Of a stretch of 33,031 bases of DNA, positions 25,068-33,031 are shown piece after piece. Source of the DNA: a virus. Lineage: Duplodnaviria; Caudoviricetes. The stretch spans positions 1 to 33,031 of the IMG/VR virus record IMGVR_UViG_3300049455_000014. One strand, 5' to 3'. The position numbers were made by a program, and so were the translations under genes. Positions within the stretch are counted from its first letter, which is position 1. The number at the start of each line of letters is the position of its first letter. The notes under the pieces were generated by a model. That model ran no database searches. It was not told the DNA's origin and worked only from the letters and a program-made list of their open reading frames with translations.

Positions 25068-25439
25068 ATGAGCGGATTTCAAAGAAATGCTGATGCAGTC
25101 TATTCGTTGCCATCGACTGTCACATCAGGCACAACACAAAATAGCGGTAGTTTGGCAGTAGGGCCATACACTGAAATCTCAATAGATATCAATACAACGG
25201 CTCAGGCTGGCACCAATCCAACTATTCAATATTTTTATGAGCGATTGGCTGCCGATGGGATTTATTATGTCTTGTGGCAAAGTGCAGTACTGACGGCCGC
25301 TACCAATACGCTCTCAACAAGCATAGGCGCTGGCATGGCGTATAACCAATCGCTCGGAGTTACAGGACGTTTACGTTGGGTGGTTGGTGGTTCAGCAACG
25401 CCTACATTTACTCATACAGCAAATTTGCAAGGAAAATGA
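25068..25439 (+). CDS. Virion beta-sandwich protein
   Basis: Composition and context; LRWVVGGS.TPTFT. Confidence 0.7.
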   Translation: MSGFQRNADAVYSLPSTVTSGTTQNSGSLAVGPYTEISIDINTTAQAGTNPTIQYFYERLAADGIYYVLWQSAVLTAATNTLSTSIGAGMAYNQSLGVTGRLRWVVGGSATPTFTHTANLQGK

Positions 25440-25452
25440 GGGAGATGCAACA

Positions 25453-26022
25453 ATGCCTCAACCAAGCACGACAGGAGGCGGATTAATGGGATATCCAACA
25501 ACAGTTGATACCGGGCAAATTGTTCCTATGGCTCTCTATGATGGTGAGGTTGCATCTCAAGCTACAGCTGCGGTACTTGCAGCAAATACAGCTTATCTTA
25601 TTGCAGTGACGCTTTCTGTCAATGCTGTTCTCACAAATATCCGTGTGCGTTGTAATGCTGGCGGGAACGGCCATTATGATGTGGGGATTTACGATGCAAC
25701 AGGAACAAACGGACAAGCGGGTAACTTGCTTGCTCATGCGGCGGCTACTGCTAGTTCGCTTGTTACGTCATCGGCTTTACTCACCCCTGCTCTGATTGGA
25801 GGGAACTTGCCGTTGGCACCTGGACGCTATTGGTTGGCATTGTGGGTAGATAATGCAACGGACACCTGGAATAAGATAGCTTCGCCCAATGCCAATACAT
25901 TCCCTGTACAATCTGGCACAAATAACGGGCCATTGCCAGCGTTAGCATCAAGTCTGTCGAGTCTCGCTAACGCAACGATCAAGCCAACTATTATTGGCTT
26001 ATTGTCAGGAGGATGGTCATAA
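25453..26022 (+). CDS. Virion beta-sandwich protein
   Basis: DVGIYDA...LAPGRYWLAL; ATG 25453 follows a GAGGGAG SD. Confidence 0.75.
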   Translation: MPQPSTTGGGLMGYPTTVDTGQIVPMALYDGEVASQATAAVLAANTAYLIAVTLSVNAVLTNIRVRCNAGGNGHYDVGIYDATGTNGQAGNLLAHAAATASSLVTSSALLTPALIGGNLPLAPGRYWLALWVDNATDTWNKIASPNANTFPVQSGTNNGPLPALASSLSSLANATIKPTIIGLLSGGWS

Positions 26023-26519
26023 TGGCGTATCCAACAACTGTTGATTTCGGTGCAAGTCAGTCAGATATTCTCAACTGGATGCGGAATGGCCAATGTTTCA
26101 CGGCGATGGAAAAGCTGACAGGTTCATCTGTTACTGGTGGACTCGCTATCTTTAACGCTGCCAATAGCAGCAAAACGCTGATCTTGTATCGCATTTACAT
26201 GATTGTTGCTACAGCAGCAACGAGTATTCAGATTTCGACACAAACAACTGATTATGCTTTGGGTGCTGCAACACAAGCAGGGGTAAATAAACTTGTTGGT
26301 GGACCTGCAAAAGTAGCAACGGTATCAGGGGCAGCTTCTGGTTTGTCTCAGGCAGGCACACAACTCATGCAGACATATAACGTTGGGAACACACCGTATG
26401 AAGTGTTGATGCCAAACGCACCATTTGTCTTTCCTGTTGGCGTTGCTCAAGCACTGGAATTCCTGGCGGTTACTGGCACAGGCAATGGGGCAGTTCATTT
26501 TGAGTGGGCTGAAATTTAG
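26022..26519 (+). CDS. Virion protein, paralog 1
   Basis: 165 aa; TAATG coupling; ungapped match to the next gene. Confidence 0.8.
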   Translation: MAYPTTVDFGASQSDILNWMRNGQCFTAMEKLTGSSVTGGLAIFNAANSSKTLILYRIYMIVATAATSIQISTQTTDYALGAATQAGVNKLVGGPAKVATVSGAASGLSQAGTQLMQTYNVGNTPYEVLMPNAPFVFPVGVAQALEFLAVTGTGNGAVHFEWAEI

Positions 26520-26531
26520 CAGGGGGATGAT

Positions 26532-27029
26532 ATGGCATATCCAGGGGCAGTAGATTTCGGCGCAAGCGAAGCAGACATTCTCAACTGGACACGCAACGGG
26601 CAATGTTTTATTGCAATGGAGAAACTGTCAGGCGGAGCTAATACAAGCGGTCTTGCCATCTTTAATGCGGCTAATAGCGGTAAAACACTGATACTCTATC
26701 GCATTTACATAGTGTATGGCGCAAACGGAGTAAGTATCCAGGTTTCTACCAAGACGACTGACTACGCACTTGGTACTGCAACACTAGCAGGCACTAATAA
26801 GCTACTTGGTGGGCCGGCGACTGTAGCAACCGTGTCAGGGGCTGCAACAGGATTAACACAGTCAGGCACGCAAATCATGCAAGCTTACGTAGTGTCAGGC
26901 ACACCGTATGAATTGTTGCGACCTGGTGAGTCGTTTGTGTTTCCTGTTGGAGTGGCTCAAGCACTAGAAATCTTGCAAATCGGGGGAACAGGTAACGGTG
27001 CATTTCATTTTGAATGGGCAGAGATTTAA
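26532..27029 (+). CDS. Virion protein, paralog 2
   Basis: 165 aa; about 73% identical to paralog 1 by hand count. Confidence 0.8.
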   Translation: MAYPGAVDFGASEADILNWTRNGQCFIAMEKLSGGANTSGLAIFNAANSGKTLILYRIYIVYGANGVSIQVSTKTTDYALGTATLAGTNKLLGGPATVATVSGAATGLTQSGTQIMQAYVVSGTPYELLRPGESFVFPVGVAQALEILQIGGTGNGAFHFEWAEI

Positions 27030-27032
27030 AAC

Positions 27033-28715
27033 ATGACACATGTAATAAGCGGAATACAGATATTCCCTGCTAACCATGTCTATAACAGGCCAATCACAAA
27101 CGCGCCAATACATGCCAGTTCAAATGCTTATATCACGGCAATTGGCGGCGTGTCTATTCCGCTTGATATGGATGTAACGACGATAGCCGCCGGCAATCGT
27201 GGCATTCCGTATAACCTTGTGACTAATGCCACGACAACCTACATGCCTACGTTTTCAGCCCCGTTTGCTCCCCCAAGAAGTTACGCAGGGCCATACCCTA
27301 TTCCCGCCAGTCCTTTGATTGAGAACGGGTCTGACTTGCATCTACTCTGTCTGAATACCGATAATGGACTGTACTACGAGTTAGACGGCGCGGTATTCTC
27401 AGGAGGCGCCTGGAGCGCAACGAGCGGAGGGCATTGGGATTTATCCTCTAATGTTATGCCTCTTGCCAGTACTAACCCAGTATGGGCTGATGCTGCTGAT
27501 TTACCTATGCTAGCAGGATTGATCTTATACGATGAGGTGAACAGTGGTGCAATCACGCACGCGCTACGCTGTGCTATCCCGCATGGCTCAGGAACATTCA
27601 TTTGGCCCGCAAGTCATGCTGATGGTTCTACATCGGGCGTGCCACCTCACGGTTCACGGTTCAGGCTCAAAGCCAACTTCGACATCTCTTCATTCTCGGC
27701 TACCAATCAAGTGATACTTACAGCACTTAAAACGTATGGGTGCTTCCTATCAGATCAAAGTACCACAAGTTTTCGGTTGTACGGTATGCCTGACAACCGT
27801 TGGAATAATGTGGATCTGGCTATCTTGCAAGTGACGCTCACAGCAGCAAACTTCGAGGTGATTGACGAGTCAGCGCACATGGTTGTATCAACTTCTATGC
27901 AAGCAATTCCGTTCAACGTGGCAACATTTCCCCCTGCCAGGCGCAGAGGCACTCTTGTTTCAAACTATGCTGCCGCTGCTCTTGCTGTTACCCCTACAGG
28001 TTACTATCGGCTAGATGATGCATCAGGCAGTACCAGTGCAAAAGACTCATCGGGCAATAGCTACAATGGCGCGATACACGGAGGAGTGACACTTGCTCAA
28101 CCTGGATTATTGCCGCTTGAGAGTGATACAGCGATGTCTTTTAATGGCAGTACGGGCTACATCACGCTTCCAAACGGTATTCCCTTATCGGGATTTACTG
28201 CTCTTACTATTTCTTGCCTTATCAAACCCTCGGCAATTGTGAACGGGCAATTCTATACCATTCTTTCCAGTGATCATGCAAGCGTTGCCAATAAAGGGTT
28301 TGAACTCTATGTTGGGGGTACTACCAAAGAAGTGACGCTCAGTGTTGGCAATGGGACAACATTTGCAAGCGTGTTATCCCCTGTTATCGCTACCAACACA
28401 ACCTATCGTGTTGTTGCTGTGTATGATGGCGCGAATCTGTATCTCTATCTGAATGGCATACCATCCCCAGGTGTCGCGTTGACAGGAACAATTGGCACAC
28501 CTGGCTTTGCTGCAACTATTGGTAAAGCTGCATATGCTTCAACAGCCTTTTTTGCAGGTGTCATTGACGAACTGCTTTTTATGGGTACAGCGCTCAACTC
28601 ATCGCAAGTGGCAGCGTTAGATCAAGCCACGCTTTCAGGTACGTCATATGCAATCTTTCCACCAGCAATACGTAGAGCGGGTCTGTTCCCAACAGCAGTA
28701 AGGAGGGGGTCATAA
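27033..28715 (+). CDS. Virion protein with C-terminal LamG/ConA-like domain
   Basis: GYYRLDDASGST.AKDSSGN...FNGSTGYI...VYDG..LYLYLNG...FAGVIDEL; separate N-terminal domain of about 290 aa. Confidence 0.85.
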   Translation: MTHVISGIQIFPANHVYNRPITNAPIHASSNAYITAIGGVSIPLDMDVTTIAAGNRGIPYNLVTNATTTYMPTFSAPFAPPRSYAGPYPIPASPLIENGSDLHLLCLNTDNGLYYELDGAVFSGGAWSATSGGHWDLSSNVMPLASTNPVWADAADLPMLAGLILYDEVNSGAITHALRCAIPHGSGTFIWPASHADGSTSGVPPHGSRFRLKANFDISSFSATNQVILTALKTYGCFLSDQSTTSFRLYGMPDNRWNNVDLAILQVTLTAANFEVIDESAHMVVSTSMQAIPFNVATFPPARRRGTLVSNYAAAALAVTPTGYYRLDDASGSTSAKDSSGNSYNGAIHGGVTLAQPGLLPLESDTAMSFNGSTGYITLPNGIPLSGFTALTISCLIKPSAIVNGQFYTILSSDHASVANKGFELYVGGTTKEVTLSVGNGTTFASVLSPVIATNTTYRVVAVYDGANLYLYLNGIPSPGVALTGTIGTPGFAATIGKAAYASTAFFAGVIDELLFMGTALNSSQVAALDQATLSGTSYAIFPPAIRRAGLFPTAVRRGS

Positions 28716-29053
28716 TGGCAGTCAGTTACCAGCCCTGGTATGTAGGGCAAACTTTTCCATCCTGGGATATCCCACTCACTACTGATGGCGGAGCAGATGA
28801 CCTTACAGGGGTAGATATCACGAAGTTTACGTTGTATTTTCGCAATGCAAACGGCCAGGACACGGCCGGCACTGGCACATTTTCTGTGAAGACGATATCC
28901 CCTGCTGAAGTGTTGTATAAGCCATCGCTTACTGATGTAGCTGCTGTATTTTCTGGTAGTCTTATTATCAAGGCATTCTATCCACCGTCAGGTACATCTG
29001 CTGACGAAGTGGTATTTGACCCTATAACGCCTTTTGTGATTAGTGCTGACTGA
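28715..29053 (+). CDS. Small Ig-like virion protein (BppU N-domain-like)
   Basis: GQTFPSWDIPL...DDLTG...VLYKPSLTDV. Confidence 0.6.
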   Translation: MAVSYQPWYVGQTFPSWDIPLTTDGGADDLTGVDITKFTLYFRNANGQDTAGTGTFSVKTISPAEVLYKPSLTDVAAVFSGSLIIKAFYPPSGTSADEVVFDPITPFVISAD

Positions 29054-29068
29054 CTAAGAGGGGTCCAA

Positions 29069-29386
29069 TTGAGCATTTATATATTCGCAAATGTGACACG
29101 CGCCAGTGTGCCTGTAGGTAGTGATCCTATTTACTGCCAGCTTGACCTTATGAGCATACAGGATGCATTAGCGTATGGTGGTGCATCAGGAGGTGAGGGG
29201 CCGCATTTCAGATACAACGGCTTTACCTGGACTGCTCTCACGTTGCTGCAAGGTGATAAATTGACTGACACTGTAAATACAGATCCAACAACAAGTACCA
29301 ATACAACCTACAGGATTATCGGTGATCCTGAAAAATTCCCTGACTCTCACACGGAGTTCTGTTGCGATAGAGTGATAGGAACGTAG
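29069..29386 (+). CDS. Head closure / head-tail joining protein (putative)
   Basis: QGDKLTD...YRIIGDPE...HTE; position; GAGGGG SD before TTG. Confidence 0.65.
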   Translation: MSIYIFANVTRASVPVGSDPIYCQLDLMSIQDALAYGGASGGEGPHFRYNGFTWTALTLLQGDKLTDTVNTDPTTSTNTTYRIIGDPEKFPDSHTEFCCDRVIGT

Positions 29387-29391
29387 CAAGC

Positions 29392-29805
29392 ATGTTTTCA
29401 ATGGGGTTCGACTCATCTTCATTAGGCAAGATTGCAGAATTAGAGGGCATGGGCGCTCTCTTAGATGTTGAAATTGCCGATACGCTGGTATGGATTGGTG
29501 AGTTAGTTTCAACCACTGCGAAAACAAATACCTGGAGTGCATTTCAGAATCCGACAGGGGAAACAGCTAACAGCATTGGCTATGACATCGTGAGTGCTAA
29601 AGAAGTAGATATCACGGTTGGAGTGCCACAAGGAAGACGCTTGGAGTATGGCTTTTCTGGTATGACTGACAGCTTAGGTAGATATTATCCATACTGGCCT
29701 GCTGAGCCATATCTAGGGCCAGCATTAGATGAGGACAGGGCATTGATAGAAGAGAAGATGATGCTTGCAATTGAAAATGTGATTGCAAAAGTTGAGGGTG
29801 TTTAA
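29392..29805 (+). CDS. HK97 gp10-like neck protein
   Basis: TG..ANSI...RRLEYGF...AEPYLGPAL. Confidence 0.8.
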   Translation: MFSMGFDSSSLGKIAELEGMGALLDVEIADTLVWIGELVSTTAKTNTWSAFQNPTGETANSIGYDIVSAKEVDITVGVPQGRRLEYGFSGMTDSLGRYYPYWPAEPYLGPALDEDRALIEEKMMLAIENVIAKVEGV

Positions 29806-29808
29806 TCT

Positions 29809-30297
29809 ATGCCAGGTACAGCAAATGCTAATACTCTTGCAATAGGTCAACAAATCGTGAGTTATATGAGCGCTCTTGTCTATCCTGGAACAAGTACGGT
29901 TGTCTATACGCTTGCTCAGTTAGAGGCAATTAAAGACGTCATAGATCTTACAGCAAATGGCGGAGTGTGCTGTGAAGTCTATGGAGATACCGACACAAGC
30001 GAAAGAAGAGGCTTTGGAGGGCGCATTTGGGATACTCAGGATTGGTTTATTCTTTCTCTCTGTGCTCTTGATACCCCTGCCCATGCTCAACAAATCTATC
30101 CAGTAAGAGATGCATTAATTCTGCCATTCCAGACTCATGCAACGCTCGGCGGTAGCGTTTTCAATTTATTTCAAGTACAATTAAAACCAAACATGAAGTT
30201 TTTTCGAGTACCCAGGTCAGGGCAATGGTTGAGAGCGCATTTAGCAGTGCTTGAAACCAAACAGGAATGGCAAGTAGTAGGAGGGGTTATATCATAA
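29809..30297 (+). CDS. Tail terminator (putative)
   Basis: Size, position, HATLGGSV motif. Confidence 0.65.
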   Translation: MPGTANANTLAIGQQIVSYMSALVYPGTSTVVYTLAQLEAIKDVIDLTANGGVCCEVYGDTDTSERRGFGGRIWDTQDWFILSLCALDTPAHAQQIYPVRDALILPFQTHATLGGSVFNLFQVQLKPNMKFFRVPRSGQWLRAHLAVLETKQEWQVVGGVIS

Positions 30298-30298
30298 G

Positions 30299-30541
30299 AT
30301 GAATATGAATTTACAATGGCCTTATATTCAACCAAATGGCAATATTACTTATGCTCTTGGAGCTGGATTATCCTATGCTGACCTTGCATCTATACGTCAA
30401 ATCATACGGGATGAAATAAATGATGCACTCCATCCGCAGGAAGTACAGAGTCCATCTGCAACAATTGAATATGTACAGGATGGTAAGCGATGGAAAGGCA
30501 TAGTCTATCTAGTAGAAGATGAGGGAGAACAGGAAGCATGA
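30299..30541 (+). CDS. Hypothetical protein
   Basis: Tightly packed ORF. Confidence 0.65.
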   Translation: MNMNLQWPYIQPNGNITYALGAGLSYADLASIRQIIRDEINDALHPQEVQSPSATIEYVQDGKRWKGIVYLVEDEGEQEA

Positions 30542-30831
30542 GTCAAACCTATATTTTTTATGACCAGGCAGGGACTATTCCAGGCATTCCAGACATGTTT
30601 TCACATTGTATTGTAGAAGTAGGCGATGATGGACAGGTTGCTATTAGGCCACTTCCAGGAGGACAAAACGCTCTGGTTATTGATGGAACTTTAGAACCTG
30701 TAGGATTTGGTGAAATCACATCCGAGGGAATTCAACCGATAGAAACACTTGAGCCTGTAGCAGAGCAAACCCTAGTAGAAGCCCCTGCTACAGAACCAAT
30801 ACAAGAACAAGAGCAACAACAGGAAGTTTAA
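30538..30831 (+). CDS. Hypothetical acidic protein
   Basis: ATGA overlap; GAGGGAG SD. Confidence 0.7.
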   Translation: MSQTYIFYDQAGTIPGIPDMFSHCIVEVGDDGQVAIRPLPGGQNALVIDGTLEPVGFGEITSEGIQPIETLEPVAEQTLVEAPATEPIQEQEQQQEV

Positions 30832-30869
30832 TAAGTAAAACAAGGGGATAAGTAGAGGAGGTAGAGGAA

Positions 30870-32474
30870 GTGCCATTAACACCTACATCGATTAAAGGTA
30901 CAGTCGGAATCATGATAGAGGGGACAAGTGGTGAGGTTACGCTACTTGCACCTGTAACAGCAATCGCAACAAACACAGGTATAACCGCGCCATCAGGCTC
31001 TACAGGCATGAAAATTCATATCATACTCAATGCCTGGTTGACTTCAGGAACGTTTACCATCAATGGTACAGGACTACCAAACAACTCAGAAGTTGTGACG
31101 GTGGCAGCTCCAACCACTCAGCAGACACAATCGCAGACAGGCTATTCGTTTGAGTATGTCTCAACCAACGCCTACACTGCAATCACCAATATCACCACTA
31201 CAGGCGGTGTCACAGGTGCTACACTCACAGTCAAAGGTATTCAGGCAGCGAAATACAACATTCCTGTTACCGCGTTTAAGTCTAACCGCAAACAGCCGCA
31301 ATACTCACCAAATGAATTTTCAGGAGCGATGGCGCGCGACAAGAGACTCATTGCTCAGTATGTCGATACTTCGATAGATAACCTGGATAGCAACTTCTAC
31401 GGTGATCTGTCGATGTACTGGATTTACATGATGCTCGGTGCTCCCTCCTGGTCAACTTTGCCTGCCGCTCCCTTATCGGTTGTAGCGAGTGCTACGATTG
31501 TGGCAAGCATGACTATCGCCAATCAGCCAACTGCGCCAGGCATGAAACTGATTATTCTAGCATCAACGTTTACCGGCAATCCATCCATCACGATTACGGG
31601 TACGCAGTATGGCCTATCGGTCAATGAAGTCATCTCACCAACTGCTAATGGAACCTACTACTCAGCTAATGTCTATAGCGCAATCACCACAATCGGTGGG
31701 ACAACCAACGGGACAACGCTAGTGATAACCGGTGTGTTTGGTTGGAAAGGGACAGTGACCAGTGAAGCAACCAAACAGACAGCAGCGGTTGAACACTTTG
31801 ACGGTTCTGCTTCCTGGACTCATCCCTTTTCTTTTGCCAGTGATGGTGAATTTTCTGTTAATACCAAAGGTGAAGCCAAGTTGACCATGAAAGGCTTTGC
31901 ACAGGATAAACTTGCAATTGGAGATAGGACTACAACTCCTTTGCAAACAAGTCGTGTGACTTCTCTTGGAATCCCTCTTGGTGATATTCCGTTGGCTGGT
32001 TGGCAAGCTCAGGTGTTTGTCGATAATATCAATGGCACTGCGGGTACAACGGCGTATCTTGACCCTGAAGAAGAGATCAAGATTGCCATTAAAACGCCAG
32101 GAGAGCAACACTGGACATTTAATAACACTCAGGCTTTCACCCGTGCGTACTCTCAGAAGTATGAGTGCATGGTTGACCTCACAACTGACATTATCGATCT
32201 GCTACAAAACGAGCAATTCAGGCAAAACTTGAAACAGTATCTTGTAGTCAAAACTGTTGGTGAGTACATTGGTACAACTGCCAGCGTTGCGTACTATAAA
32301 GGATGGACATGGACGCTTCCAGTCAGATACGATGGGGAATATGGTCAGGAAGCACAACCATCAAAAGGCAATGTGTCTGCAAAGCCAAAGCTGAGAACTG
32401 AGTATGACGCTGGCATAGCAGGCAGCTACTCCGTTGCTATTATCACAAGACAGCCACCCAACTACAATTTATAA
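30870..32474 (+). CDS. Major tail tube protein with two inserted repeat domains
   Basis: Located between the tail terminator and the chaperone; GAGGAGG SD; internal duplication GMK.....G...EV.....Y.S.N.Y.AIT.I. Confidence 0.75.
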   Translation: MPLTPTSIKGTVGIMIEGTSGEVTLLAPVTAIATNTGITAPSGSTGMKIHIILNAWLTSGTFTINGTGLPNNSEVVTVAAPTTQQTQSQTGYSFEYVSTNAYTAITNITTTGGVTGATLTVKGIQAAKYNIPVTAFKSNRKQPQYSPNEFSGAMARDKRLIAQYVDTSIDNLDSNFYGDLSMYWIYMMLGAPSWSTLPAAPLSVVASATIVASMTIANQPTAPGMKLIILASTFTGNPSITITGTQYGLSVNEVISPTANGTYYSANVYSAITTIGGTTNGTTLVITGVFGWKGTVTSEATKQTAAVEHFDGSASWTHPFSFASDGEFSVNTKGEAKLTMKGFAQDKLAIGDRTTTPLQTSRVTSLGIPLGDIPLAGWQAQVFVDNINGTAGTTAYLDPEEEIKIAIKTPGEQHWTFNNTQAFTRAYSQKYECMVDLTTDIIDLLQNEQFRQNLKQYLVVKTVGEYIGTTASVAYYKGWTWTLPVRYDGEYGQEAQPSKGNVSAKPKLRTEYDAGIAGSYSVAIITRQPPNYNL

Positions 32475-32486
32475 AAAGGAGATTTC

Positions 32487-32705
32487 ATGGTTATTGATAT
32501 CAAAGCACGAATTGAGAATGATTTTACCTATCATGCGCCGAAAGAGGGACAGCAAGAAAGGTATGTTGCTCTCAGAGAGAAAGCAAAAGAGTTTGCCTTG
32601 CTCATTGTAGAATTGACACCTGTATCAAGAGAACAAAGTCTAGCACTGACAGAACTTGAAAAAGCTTCAATGTTTGCAAATGCTGCAATAGCGAGGAATG
32701 AATAA
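32487..32705 (+). CDS. Acb2/Tad1-like hairpin protein (putative nucleotide-signal sponge)
   Basis: FTYHAP...SREQSLALTELEKASMFANAAIAR pattern, recalled for this family; AAGGAG SD. Confidence 0.7.
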   Translation: MVIDIKARIENDFTYHAPKEGQQERYVALREKAKEFALLIVELTPVSREQSLALTELEKASMFANAAIARNE

Positions 32706-33031
32706 TGGGCGCATTTGATAAATCAAAAGATATCCTAGTCCCTAACGATGAAAAGCCAGAAGAGGCAGCGGCATTTCGTAAAAAGTGGGGCTGGGAACCG
32801 CACGAACAGATTATCATGAGAGGGAGACTCACAGCGGGTATTCAGGAAGAAGTAGCCAATGCCTCTTCCGCTCTTGGTGAGGACAATAAAACTGCTCTCA
32901 TCCTTGCCGGTAGTGGGCGTAACGTCATGCTTGAACAGATGATAGTGAATTGGACACTTACCAGGAATGGCAATGTGGTCGACGTGAACCTGGACACTAT
33001 CAGAGAACTGCCTACTGAATATACTACTCCC
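32705..33031 (+). CDS. Tail assembly chaperone (partial, putative)
   Basis: TAATG-coupled ORF MGAFDKSK...MIVNWTL...LDTIRELP, open to the window end. Confidence 0.65.
   Translation, partial: MGAFDKSKDILVPNDEKPEEAAAFRKKWGWEPHEQIIMRGRLTAGIQEEVANASSALGEDNKTALILAGSGRNVMLEQMIVNWTLTRNGNVVDVNLDTIRELPTEYTTP

Noticed and set aside
26022-27029. DGR template/variable repeat pair
   Set aside because: Both copies are full ORFs, the differences include many non-adenine and synonymous changes, and there is no reverse transcriptase in the window.

Overview
This is an internal 33 kb segment of a tailed, probably temperate siphovirus-like phage or prophage; no host genes are visible. 1-11874: small early and accessory genes, mostly leftward. 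These include two excisionase-type HTH proteins, a SWIM zinc-finger protein, a Rha-family protein, a LuxR-type HTH, an atypical tRNA-like cloverleaf, an operon of small membrane proteins around an FtsK/TraB-like ATPase, and a tyrosine recombinase. 11875-13294: about 1.4 kb of non-coding DNA rich in repeats. 13295-33031: rightward packaging, head, neck and tail genes. Main observations: (1) The portal carries a C-terminal 2H phosphoesterase (Acb1-like) domain and ends in a canonical -1 frameshift cassette (T TTT TTC plus hairpin) that would fuse it to a MuF-like domain. (2) The recombinase and most of the non-coding region lie between ~110-bp inverted repeats with a perfect 19-bp core; these face the transfer-like operon on one side and the virion operon on the other. 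(3) A TraB/Spd-like module with DNA repeats inside its own genes. (4) An 8/4 tRNA-like gene with anticodon ATG. (5) An Acb2/Tad1-like gene inside the tail module. All family assignments come from reading motifs by eye, not from database searches.
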